Shown here: one piece after another, positions 51,309 to 62,517 of the stretch
Numbering within the stretch: the first letter of the stretch is position 1
Layout of the letters: each line of letters begins with the position of its first letter
NCBI GenBank assembly: GCA_965153285.1
Contig: OZ229114.1
Direction: 5' to 3' (one strand)
Origin: Podarcis tiliguerta
Lineage: Eukaryota
DNA length: 64,000 nt
Translations under genes and position numbers: made by a program
The notes under the pieces: model-generated
What the model was told of the DNA's origin: nothing
The model's database searches: none
Seen by the model: only the letters and a program-made list of their open reading frames with translations

Positions 51309-52250
51309 AGGACGCGCCTGTAACAATTTTGGCTTTGCAAAGACTCAACGAGCCAACAGAGCAGCTCAGATCGACGGGAATTTGGCCTTCACAGTCTTGG
51401 GAGACGTGATGAGCGCCCCGCGCGCTTGCTTTGCGCCAAGCCGGGCACCTGGAATCATTTCCCGGTTCTTGACAAATGCAGCAGGGAAACTGGGGTGTAG
51501 GATAGATGGCTGGAGAGCCAGAGAGTCCCTTTGACATTAAGTGAAACAGGGAAAGGTGTCCTCTGATCTTGACATCCTGCAAGAACTTTGAATGAAGGCG
51601 CAGACCCTGGCTTTATGCGTCCACGGGACCTGGCAGGCGCTGCAGCGGGGAAAGAGGCACCACGCACTTACGCACCTCGGTGGGAAAGTGGTGCAGCTTC
51701 ACTTCTTCAGCCCCCCCGCCCCGCACGCTCCAGCACAAAGGACAGATGCTTCTGTGATCTGGATCTCTAAGGGGCAGCCCTATCTGGGAAGTAGAAAAGA
51801 CGCTTTTTTTTTTTTTTTTAAGGATCAGTATTGAGAAAATCCTGTAGCTTTTTCCGCGAATGTCACTCGTTAGCCATTCTTATGGGCACCACTGGGGCTA
51901 GGAAGGTGATTTGAGATAGAGCCTCTTAGCGAGACGAAGCCGGGGTCTAAGTATTCTAAATAAATAAGTGCAAAAAGCGGGGGACGGAGAGGACAGAACT
52001 CAGCAAGTTCAGTGAGTACGGAACTGGGCTATTAGGAGAGAGGATGGGGTGTGCGGAATGGACCCGCATGTTTCTGGTCCCGCTTGGATTGAACAGGAAA
52101 AGAAAAGCCGACTGTGCCTTAGGGTTCAAAACTAGTCGTTCAGGTCTTTCAGCCTAAGGTTCTTGTCTAAGATGGCCTTTCGCTCGTCGCTTGTGGCCTT
52201 CGGGTCTTCTCTCCGCAGGCCATGTCTTTGTGGTCTTTTCGTTGAGGGAC

Positions 52251-52292
<42 letters not shown>
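52251..52292. repeat. (ATA)n microsatellite
   Basis: Direct observation. Confidence 0.95.
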
Positions 52293-52293
<1 letters not shown>

Positions 52294-53707
52294 AAAAGCA
52301 AGTGCAATAAACCTCTACAATATGCAGTAAAGGCGAGATACAATTGGGGGGGGGGTCACCAAGCTGCTTACATGAACTTATCAGCGTTCAATTCCCTTAC
52401 CGCTACTGTTGCCACAAATGCAACCTAAGACCTTCGCCCACGCAAGAGCACGTGTGTCGTGTAATTTCCTAACTTTATGTTCAATAAAGCAGACGCAAAT
52501 TAGCTGGAAGGTGACTTCAAAACGCGGCTTGGAAAGCAGCGGCATTTGCTTCGCTAACCCCTCCAGGAGAGCTGTTCCCCTGCCCTTGCCGGTTCCTTGA
52601 AGGAATTTTGCCGGCTGCACCCGAGATAAATTTGCTGAGCAATTGCCGCCTTCGAAGCGAATCTCTGCAAAAGAGATGCGTGGCTTCGGCGTCATCCCAC
52701 CCAGAACTTGGCTGCAAATGTTTAGGAAAGCGGCGCAAACCACAGGCATTAGAGAACCTTGCGAACTTCATGGGTGCATATTATTAATATTTGCTAATAA
52801 GAATCACTAGCATTCGTTGTATTAGCGGTGCAGAGTTGGTAGTAGAAACTTCCCCCTGTCGAAAGCTGTGTGGATTGGGGCGGGTTGTGTAGTTCCTAAG
52901 CCTTCCCCGGGACTCACCCTACTCACTACCTCCAAGCTAAGGTAGCTGGAAGTCCGGCCCGCGTAAATGGAGATGGGGCCGGAATCGACAAGCTACAATC
53001 CGCGTACTAAAGTGAGAGAGAAGCACAGATTGCAGGGCAGCTCATGGGCGCCTCGCCCCATTGCCACCTGTGGGTGATATTTAGGAGTTAGCAAGCAAAG
53101 GCTTTCATCTCCCTGTCTTCGCCTCTCTCTTTAATATTGCTTGAAATGGCAGTCCCACCTGTCCTGGAGCGACAGGACCCAACTCCGTCGGACTGAAGTA
53201 GCTCTGCTTCGCCGTTGCCCACGGAGGGAACTTCTACACCCCACCAAAGTGGGCCCAGAGGGGTTATTTCAGGGAGGGACGGGGAGAGACGCGTGGCTTG
53301 CCGCCTGCGGCTTCCAATCCACAAAACACCTAGCCATCCTCTTTGGGGCGGCAAAAGAAACCCAGTTGGTTTATTCCATGTACATCGCGCTTGTCCTCCA
53401 AGTAGCTGAGGGGTGATCGATAGAGTCACTCCACCCCCGCCTCCTCTCATTTAATCCTCCGAACAACCCTGCAATGTAGCTTTGGGAGAGAACGATTGGC
53501 CCAAGGCCACCTTGGGAGCGTCGAGTGTTCCTGCCTGATCTTCTGTAAACCAGATGTTGACAGACTTCAGGCTGGTGGGATCTGCTTAGAGTTTTTAAAC
53601 CCGGAGATACGCCAACCGGAGCCAGGAAGCTAGAGGCAACTCCCCACAGCACCTTGGGGCGCACTGCTTCTGAAAGTGCAAATTCCTCCCACCAGGTAAC
53701 AACCTTT

Positions 53708-53866
53708 GTAGCTTCGTGATGGAACATCCGCTTTACAGGTCGCGGTTCAATCCGGGTAGGCCTGGGACTTCTGGCGTTCTGGAGAGCGCCTGCCTGTCAG
53801 TGTGGACAATAATGACCTAGATATACCAGTGGTCTGGTTTGGTATAAGGCAGATTCCCAGGTTGCT
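53708..53866 (+). mobile_element. Degraded Squam3-like SINE
   Basis: ggttcaatcc B-box; ctggagagc...gtcagtgtggacaat...ggtataaggcagattcc tail. Confidence 0.6.
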
Positions 53867-54089
53867 GATTTAGAAAGGGCTGACTGAAGTGAATTAACTG
53901 CTTTGTTGTTATCAAGAAGTCTTATTACCCACAGATCTTTCTGCGCGCCCCTGCTCTGAATCACTATTACAGAGCTAACCTGTGGCGACCCTAAGCCCGC
54001 TTACCTGGGAGTAAGCCCCACTGAATTCAAGGGCGGGGGGGGGGGAAGGCTCATTTCTGAGTAGACCTGTCTAGGATTGCCTTAACCTG

Positions 54090-54490
54090 CTCAGTAGGGG
54101 CGGGGGGTTTATTCCCAGGTCTCAGCTCTCCTGGCATAAAGTCCTGCATCGCTCCCGGAGCCAGTCCAAGCAGCGCCTTCTGCTTCCAATGAGACGCCTG
54201 GTTTTCCAAATCCAGGCGGGGCGGGTAGGGTCCCAGTGGGCTGCTCTTGGGTTACCTGCGAGGCGAGTCTCCCCCTCCCGAGACAGGAGAGGTCCGTCCC
54301 AGCAGCGCTTTCCTCCTCCTCCTCCTCCTCCCCCCCTTTCATCGCGGACCCTCTCAGGCGCCAATCGCAGCGCTTTCGGCCCCCCGTTTTAAATATGCAG
54401 CGGAGACGTCAGCAGGCTCACCCCCCAGCGAAGGTGGCTGGCCAATATCTATATAAATCTGTGCAAGGCAGAGAATAGCTAAAAGGGGTG
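54090..54490 (+). promoter_or_regulatory. CYP26C1: Probable CYP26C1 core/proximal promoter
   Basis: TATATAAA at 54450-54457; CCAAT at 54186, 54361 and 54442; GC boxes (GGGGCGGGG near 54097 and 54218); CRE-like GACGTCA at 54405. Lies ~0.8 kb upstream of the ATG. Confidence 0.65.
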
Positions 54491-55280
54491 TGCGCGAAGG
54501 ATGCTCCCAAAGGGTGAGAGAAGGAGCGTCCGAGCGCAGGCGGTTTTTGACAGCTCGGCAGAAAAGGGGAAAGGCGGAGGGGGATGAAGAAGAAGCCTCT
54601 TCAGAGTTCTCACCCTACGCGCGAGCAGCCTGGGCGGGCAAATCCTCTTTGGATTCCGAGGGGCTGACCGTCGAGGATGGGGCTCGTGGTGCTTGCAAGT
54701 GGGTCCGAGGGATCCCGATCCCAGCCACGCCGGTTCTGAGCAGAATGGCCCCCTCTCGCTCCCTGGCCGCAAAAGGAAAGGACGGTGCGCTGTAGTTTCC
54801 CCGATCCTTTCAAAGTAGGTTGCGATTCTTTCAGACGCGCAGTGGAAACAGGAAGAGACCCCCGCCGAGGTGAGAGCAAAGTGGCTGCGCTGTTGGGTTT
54901 CCTTTTATGTTTTGTGGGGGGTGGGCGTGGGGAGACTCACCAGGAGAGGTGTCTTGGAGGTCTCCTTGACACCTCCCTCCCGGTTTGACTCTCAGGTTTT
55001 GCGCGGGCGCACCCGCTTTGGATCGCAAGCCTTGCGCAAGATTCCTTTGGGGACTTTAATGGACGGGTGGCGAGGAAAAGCATCTTTGAATAAAAAGTGG
55101 CATTTTGGGGATGGGTTGGCTTCTTTGCTTCCTGTATGGTGAGTTGAACCCACCTCTATGGGAATCCTAATCCGGAGTAGGATGCCCTGGCATCTGGTAG
55201 CAGATTTCCCCTCTCAAATATTCCCTTTCTCTCTCCCTCTCCAGCTGAAGCCACAGTCGGCCAGTGAATTCCGCCGGGCG

Positions 55281-55517
55281 ATGCTGCCCAGCCCGAGCAC
55301 GAAGATGCTGCCGCCGGTGGCAACCTCTGAGGATGCGCTCTCCTGGCTGGAGGCTGCGCTGGCCACCTGCCTGGCGGTGGCCTTCCTGCTGGCGCTGGCG
55401 CGGCACCTGTGGGCGCTGCGCTGGAGCCTGAGCCGAGACCGCGCCAGCGCCCTGCCGCTGCCCAAGGGCTCCATGGGTTGGCCCTTCTTCGGCGAGACGC
55501 TGCATTGGCTGGTCCAG
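55281..55517 (+). CDS. CYP26C1: CYP26C1 (cytochrome P450 26C1, retinoic acid hydroxylase) coding exon 1
   Basis: ATG at 55281 (alternative in-frame ATG at 55305); hydrophobic anchor then RHLWALRWSLSRDRASALPLPKGSMGWPFFGETLHWLVQ; CAG|gtgagc donor. Confidence 0.93.
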
Positions 55518-55734
55518 GTGAGCATTGGAGCGGCGGCGGGCGGGGCAGGTAAAGGAGGAGCCTCCTGGGCTTAGCGCAGCCAGGACCGCGGGACTCTGCA
55601 CATGGTCAGGGCGCCGAAAAAGAGTTCTAGCGAGTGTGTCCCGCTCAAAGGAAGGTCCTACCGCTAGTCGTCCATTTCTCAGGATGGGAAAACGAAAGCC
55701 CTCGAGCTGGAGGGGACGGGGGCTGGGCAAATCA

Positions 55735-55858
55735 GGGGTAACTCAGTCGGTAGAGCATGAGACTCTTAAGCTCATGGTCGTGGGTTCCGACATTGCAGGG
55801 AATCTGACTACATGGCCTTTGTGGTCCCTTCCAACTCTACAATTGCATGATTTTACGA
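55735..55858 (+). mobile_element. tRNA-Lys(CTT)-derived SINE with CR1 tail in CYP26C1 intron 1
   Basis: ctcagtcggtagagcatgagactcttaa...ggtcgtgggttc head (tRNA-Lys-like, 3' acceptor arm missing) joined to a ggtcccttccaactctacaatt CR1-type tail. Confidence 0.8.
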
Positions 55859-56251
55859 CGCATTTGCCCAGCTGTCAGGTCAGTGGGATTTATTCCGAAG
55901 CAGGTGCGCCTAAGGCTGTATCACTTCCACAGGTGTTCCTCAACGCAGGGAGGAAAGCACTTTTGTGAGGCTCAGAGACACTCTTCACATGTCCCAGGGT
56001 TGAAATTTAGGAATCATAGTAAACCGATTCCCCCTTTGAAAAGGCGCTCTGAGTCCCCTCGGAGGCGATCTCGGGCCGATGGTGCTCTTTCTGGGGGACC
56101 AGGATATGTTTGACACAAAGAAGCAGCTGCGAGGACTCAGCCCGGTGGGGAAAGCGCTCAGAGACACCGTCGACTTTCTTCGCAAACTGTCCGCGAAGCT
56201 TGAGTCCAGGCCTGCGTCTCCATCCCCCTCTTTATCTGACTGGCTGTGCAG

Positions 56252-56476
56252 GGTTCCAGCTTCCACAGCTCCCGGCGGCAGAGATACGGCGCCGTGTTCA
56301 AGACGCACCTGCTGGGCAAGCCGGTGATCCGCGTGAGCGGCGCCGACAACGTGCGCAAGATCCTGCTGGGAGAGCACAGCCTGGTCAGCGCCCAGTGGCC
56401 GCTCAGCACCCAGATCCTGCTGGGCTCGCACACCCTCCTCAACGCCAGCGCCGAGGCGCACCGCCAGCGCAGGAAG
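56252..56476 (+). CDS. CYP26C1: CYP26C1 coding exon 2, 225 nt
   Basis: gtgcag|GGT; [50 protein letters not shown]...HRQRRK; AAG|gtagga. Confidence 0.96.
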
Positions 56477-56880
56477 GTAGGAGGCCGAGGGGCGCGTCTC
56501 TGGGGAGGGAAACCTTGGCCGCCGAGCCTGAAACCGAGCCTAGGCGCCCTCTGGGGAAGAGAAGGCAGCTCGCTGGCGTTCATCTCCCCCTTACAGGTGT
56601 TGTTGGGCCCCCACTCCCATCAGTTTTAACCAGCACGGCCAATGGGAAGGAACCATGAGAGATGCGGTCCAGCAATATCTAGGGGTGGGGAGCCCTATAG
56701 CTAAAAGCTGGCTGTCGAAGTTTGTGCTGGGCGCTGTCGCAGGTTCCAGTAGCCACTCCTTGGACCCGACCCACGCATTACGCAATTCTCTTGGTTGTTG
56801 CTAGGACTATACCACTTAGGACTACTATTAATTTTACATCGCCCGCGGCGATTCTCTCCCTTCTCTTTTCGCCGCGTCAG

Positions 56881-57156
56881 ATCCTGGTCAGAGTCTTCAG
56901 CCGCGCCGCCCTGGAGAGCTACCTGCCCCGCATCCAGAAGGTGGTGCGCTGGGAGCTGCGCGGCTGGTGCCGGCAGCCGGGCCCCGTCGCCGTCTATTCT
57001 TCCGCCAAGACCTTGACCTTCCGCATCGCCGCGCGGATCCTGCTGGGACTCAGCCTGGAGGAGAAGCAGTTCAAGGAGCTGGCTGGGACCTTTGAGCAGC
57101 TGGTGGAGAATCTCTTCTCCTTGCCGCTCAACATCCCCTTCAGCGGGCTGCGGAAG
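56881..57156 (+). CDS. CYP26C1: CYP26C1 coding exon 3, 276 nt
   Basis: cgtcag|ATC; ILVRVFSRAALESYLPRIQ...FEQLVENLFSLPLNIPFSGLRK; AAG|gtaggg. Confidence 0.96.
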
Positions 57157-59358
57157 GTAGGGCTGCGTGCGCATGTGTGTGTGTCCCCATCCTCATCGCC
57201 ATCCAAAGAACTAACTCCGACCATGATCACTTACCCCTATCTGTTCTGAAGTCCCGCTAATGCCACTGATGAGCGCAATCCTAGAACCCCCGGTCTAAAG
57301 TGTGTTTATGGCTGTATCCCTACCCTTTGCATCGGATAGACCTTATTTATTATTATATTTCACATCTTTGTAGGCCGCCTTTCAAGACTATGGGTGTCCC
57401 AAGGCGGCTTTCTGGCCCATTTGGGGGGTCGGAGGTGGGGTGAGGTTCTGGCTTTGAGCTCTCGGGAGCCCCATCCTCTATTCAGACCAAGCAGCTGGAA
57501 TAATTTTCTGCTGGAAAGGTATTCTGCACCTGCTCAGAGGCACCTTGCACCTCTTGCTTATTTGTTTGTGTAGGCTATTTTAACCCCCCGCTTTCCCCCC
57601 CAAGCAGGACGCAATTAAGTTTTATAGCACAAATGAGACAGCAACCAAACTTTAAAAGCACAAAATCCCAATTAAAACAAAATACCTGCCTATTCTAAAG
57701 CCTTTGAAAAGGAAGGGTTTTTTTTAAAAAAATGGATTTAATATTCACACGCGTTGCAACATATGTTGAGTTGCACATTGACTCTAATATAGAATGAACG
57801 GTGCGAAATTCAGTTGGAAAAGTCTGAATTGCCCAAGGTGTCCAGCTTAAAAGGGACAAACTCCGGCATCTGTTGCATCGTGCTCGAACACTGATCGCAA
57901 CGCTTAGGGGGCCACCGCAAAAAAAGCTCTTTCTGCCTGACAAGCGGCAGAACCGCAAATTGGTTCTCATTCCCAGATCGGAAAGGTCAGGGGAGAGCGC
58001 TGCCTGGACCTGAGCAGAGCCTTGCATTTAGCCCCCAAACGATTCGGAACCCAGCGGAGCCCATAAAGCACAGGTGCCAGTTCTAACATGAGCGACAGGA
58101 TACTGGGCAGGCTGAGCTCTTTACTGGTCCAGATTCAAAGCCTGGTCGAAGCCACCCGGTTCCTTGCAACGGAGCACTTTCTGCGGCTTCTGCTCAAGAC
58201 CTTTATTGGCTGTGAAGGGATTTTGGCGGCGCCCGTGGACGCGGGACGCGGGTCGCGCAGTGCCGACCACCTCTCCTCTAAAACTAGGTCCATTTGAATT
58301 AAATGCGTCTTGGTCTTATTGAATTCACTGGGTCTTACTCCCAGATAAACAGAGATTTATGACTGCAGCCTAAGGACCCTGTTGAATTCAACAGGACTTA
58401 CTTCTGAGTAGACCTGCACCAAGTTTCACTGCTTATTTATCGATTTCCCAAGTCCATAGGATCGCAGCCTAAGGCTCTCTCATCATACACCCGAGGGAGT
58501 TTCGTAGAAATCCATTGGGTTCCCCCGACAAGTAAAGCAATAATCCAAAACAGCATTCTTTGAGTTGAAAGCAAATCCCATTTGAACTCTTTCCTTCGGA
58601 GTTAAGAGGATCGCATTCGCATTGCACTAAAGGCAGGAACAAGTTGCGTCCTGCGGAGTAAAGGCATCGTCAATGCAGAGTGCCTTTGTACGGTCACGGT
58701 GGCTGCCTGGTGGCAGAGGAAAAGGCATTGAGATCTCCTCGAATATCTTCCCCTTTCTCCTTTTTTTGCTTCCAGAAAGTCGTTCATGCCTGATCCATTT
58801 AAACACTGTCTCATCCGTGCTCCCATTGCACCGGCTGCGACGCATTACAATTGAAGGCTTTAAACGATTCCCTTCCTGGTATAATTGGGGATTGTTCACA
58901 CAAACACACGCAAGTCTAGCGCAAGTTTGGGCCAGGTGTGGTGCCATTCATTTGCGTTTTTCTTTAGCAACCAATGGACTTTCAGGATCTCGGATTCCTC
59001 CACCCCCACCGCTGGAGTTCCCGGCTTCCTCTTATTGTTCACCTTTTCAAAATTTGGCAGCTCAGCGGCTGAAGGCTTTGTAGTCCTCGGGATTTCCTTT
59101 CTCACTGCACTGATTATGGGTTTCGTTGGGCGGGATTGACAGGAACTTTCCCCGTTTCAGCGAAGTTAGAGGCTATATTAAGCGCCGCTTCTAATTATAA
59201 TGAGCTCCTACCCGGAGAAGTACGGTAAAAGATTGCCTGAACGTTCCAAGCAATAAGCGACTTCTGACGTCTTCGGCCTCCAAAGGCGCTAGACCTGTGT
59301 GTGTCTGTGTCTGTGCCTTTCTCCTTAGCCATTGCTGTTTTTTCTCTGAACCCTTCAG

Positions 59359-59514
59359 GGAATAAAGGCCAGGAATCTGCTACACGAGTACATGGAGAAA
59401 GCCATCTCGGAGAAACTGAAGCAGAAGGATCCTGAGGCTCACAGCGACGCTCTGGATTTCATTATCAACAGTGCCAAGGAGCATGGCAAAGAATTTACCA
59501 TGCAGGAGCTGAAG
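59359..59514 (+). CDS. CYP26C1: CYP26C1 coding exon 4, 156 nt (not in ORF track)
   Basis: cttcag|GGA; GIKARNLLHEYMEKAISEKLKQKDPEAHSDALDFIINSAKEHGKEFTMQELK; AAG|gtaact. Confidence 0.95.
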
Positions 59515-61093
59515 GTAACTCCCTTTAAGCCGCCTGGAGTGGCCACAGTTGTCCCCTAGCTCACACAACCAAACATGGTCCTTTCCAAAATGACCATGTA
59601 AAGAAGTAAAAAAGGTGTAAGTGCCTCTGACCATGTGCAAAGGTCATTTCTCTAGGACGGTCCATCCCACACAGTCTACAAGCAAGACACAGGACTTCCA
59701 AGCACCTTGCCAAGTTAGTTCCAACCATATTATGGAAATAATAACCACATATGATGAAATAATTATTCCCACTCCTTCTGGCATGATCTTTGCTCTGCAT
59801 CTTTTCTGTGGTGTTCAGTTAACTCACATTGACTTTGAACCAGGCATGGATCAGGATCGTGCCCATTTGTTTATTATGGTTGTATTACGCTTTTCCTTGG
59901 GGAAATTCGAAGTGGTTTCTTGGCAGTACACACAAAGCATCCTAGGAATTGTGTTTTTTCACCTTTCACAAAACTACAATTCCCAGCACCCTTGACAAAT
60001 TACAGCCTCCGGGATTCTTTGTGAGGGAGAAATGGGTTGCTGAGCTCTAGCACTGTGACAGCATCCTGTTACCTCAAGCCGATGAATGTCAGTACTGCAC
60101 CCAGAAGTCATTGTGGTGACTGCGGTCCTCTCCCACTTGCCACAGGGACAGATGGGTTTCATTGGGTGGGATTGACAGAAGGAAAACTTTCCTAATTTCA
60201 GCTAAGGAAGAGGATATATGGAGTGCTGAATCTGGTGTCTGGAGATCTGATATGGCCTCCTGCACTTATCCTGAATAGAATCCAGGGCTTAGTGTTGCCA
60301 TATTTCAAAAAGTTAAAACCAGGACACCCCAAGCTTTTCTGATAGCATTTTGGGCACAGTTTAACCCCCACTGGCAGTTTTCCAGGAAATTTGACTGATT
60401 TCCGAAAAATAATCCAGATGCAATTTTCGGAGGCAAAATCCTGGACATGGCCTGGAGAATCAGGACACATGACAGTCCTAAAAGGCTGGGTGTGGAGATT
60501 TTTGCAGCAAATGGTTTGAAGTGGAGTTTATTTGATTGCTCTACACCAGACCTATTTCTCCACGTATCATATTGAACTGAATTATTATAAATAGCAGCCT
60601 TGAGCAGAAGCTATTTTTTCTTGAAAATAGGGCCAATTCAGTAAAGTCCTAAACACACTTTAGGGGAAGAGGTAAAAAAATCAGTTTCAAAGAAGTGAGA
60701 CTTCTTTCTGTGCCTCTGATCACCCATCAGGAACCACATCAATCGGAGTAGTCTTTAAAGCACAGAATACAGTTGAGGATTGTATTGTTTTTATTTTAAT
60801 TTTAAGTCATTCTTGTTTTGACAATTGAAATCGATTGGAATGGTCAGAGTAAGTGTTTCCAGGATCCAAACGATAAACAGAACCACATGAGCTGGTTGAT
60901 GGGATTCCATATGACATAAGCAGCTGTCTAAACTAGAAAGGCCTCTTTCCAGACAATGAAGTATGTGCCATGCCATGCTGACTCCGCTGTAATAGGTGGT
61001 GACTTCACTGAAGTCAGCAATTACCCATCTGCATGGCTATTTTGGCAAATTGGCTTTGCTAGGATGGTGTGTGAATTGGTCTATTCTGTAAAC

Positions 61094-61361
61094 CAGAGAT
61101 GGGGAACCTGCAGCTTCCAGATGTTGTTGGACTCTCATCTTCCCCAGCCAGTGTGTCCAGAGATGATAAGACAGGCATCCCCAACCTTTGGCCCTCTAGA
61201 TGTTTTGGCCTACAACTCCCATGATCCCTAGCTAACAGGACTAGTGGTCAGGGATGATGGGAACTGTAGTCCAAAACATCTGGAGGGCCAAATGTTAGGA
61301 ATTCCTGTGATAGGAGGTGTCACCCAGCAACATCTGGAGGGCCACAAGTTCCCCACTTCTC
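61094..61361. mobile_element. Older palindromic hAT-type MITE interrupted by a younger MITE
   Basis: Termini cagagatggggaacctg / caagttccccacttctc; degenerate TSD ctgtaaac/ctgtgaat. Confidence 0.65.
61172..61307. mobile_element. Palindromic hAT-type MITE, 136 bp (nested)
   Basis: cagg...ttggccctctagatgttttgg...ccaaaacatctggagggccaa...cctg; 8-bp TSD tgataaga/tgatagga (61164-61171, 61308-61315). Confidence 0.8.
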
Positions 61362-61455
61362 CTGTGAATGCAAAAACAGATTGATTGGAGCACACATAAT
61401 TTTCATATTTTCTTTTCAGCATAAAGAGAAACTTTTCAACATTTGTTGCTTAAAC

Positions 61456-61591
61456 CAGGCTCCCTCAAACTCGGCCCTCCAGATGTTTTTGGCCTACAAC
61501 TCTCATGATCTCTAGCTAGCAGGACCAGTGGTCAGGGATGATGGGAATTGTAGTCTCAAAACATCTGGAGGGCTGAGTTTGAGGAAGCCTG
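61456..61591. mobile_element. Palindromic hAT-type MITE, 136 bp
   Basis: TIR caggctccctcaaactc / gagtttgaggaagcctg; perfect 8-bp TSD GCTTAAAC (61448-61455, 61592-61599). Confidence 0.9.
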
Positions 61592-62127
61592 GCTTAAACA
61601 ATGATATAAGAAAGATTGACATAGGGATATGCTGCCCCTATGGATCCTGTTGCCTGAGGTGGTCAGCTCACTTGGCCTCATGGGTTGTCTGGCCCTGAAC
61701 TCAAATTCCCATCAGCCTCAGCCAGGAGGCCAGTGGCCAGGGATTACAGTCAGGGATGATGGGAGGTGTAGTCCAACAGCATCCAGAGTGTCACAGGTTA
61801 GACTCTGGATTTAATGGATGGAGAGGGGCTCTTGATTCTGGATTTAATAGTCTTATGGAAGTAACGTTCATCCTTAGATGGTACCATCCTTAGATGGTAA
61901 CATGCATCAATTCACTTAAAAATGCTGTACTCCCTCCTTCTGCTGAGTGGAGCCCCAAGCTTCTGCCCCAAGGTCCTAGGCCCAGCTGTACCACTGCTTG
62001 GATGTGTAACAAGTATGGACTGCACAAGCCTGTAAGGAATGATTCACTGATGCAATTGGTAGCCCAAGACAGTTGGGATGAGGAGCCATTTTTTAATAAG
62101 TAATTAACCCCTTACTGTAGCTCTGAT

Positions 62128-62258
62128 CATGGGTGTAACTAAGGCGGACAGCTAGATCCTCAAATATTATTATTTATTATTTTATTATTTTTTAAAAACA
62201 ACAACAACTCAACAACTTTGGCTGTCCCACCTCAACAAAAATCCTGGCTATGCCTATG
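62128..62258. mobile_element. hAT-type MITE, 131 bp
   Basis: Perfect 8-bp TSD GCTCTGAT (62120-62127, 62259-62266); decayed TIR catgggtgtaactaagg / cctggctatgcctatg. Confidence 0.7.
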
Positions 62259-62517
62259 GCTCTGATCACCAAAACTGTCACCTCAACAATTTCTTATGGA
62301 TGCTCATGTTTTCCAGGCCAGGTTGGAATCAAAAAATGATGTGAGTTTTCTGGTTCCCCCCAGCTTGAAAGCTCTAACAATGTTATACTTGAATTCTAAT
62401 CACAATGTGTGTGCCTGCTTGACTTGGACGCACAAGTGGACTCTGTCTTAAATGGCTTGTGGGTGTCATGCCAAAAAAGAGAGTATTTAATCTCTCTCCC
62501 AATGGCTTATCTTGCAG

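Larger units (their letters stand above)
45050..59300. promoter_or_regulatory. Extended CpG-rich domain (CpG island cluster / probable methylation canyon)
   Basis: By eye, CpG is scarce in 1-45 kb outside young repeats. It becomes abundant from ~45060 even in AT-rich stretches and falls again near CYP26C1 exon 4. Boundaries are approximate. Confidence 0.8.

Noticed and set aside
55735-55800. tRNA-Lys gene
   Set aside because: The T-arm and 3' acceptor stem are lost and the sequence continues into a CR1 tail, so it is a SINE.
50276-57174. Numerous overlapping 100-190 aa ORFs on both strands
   Set aside because: Expected from stop-codon scarcity in GC-rich DNA, or shadows of real CYP26C1 exons.
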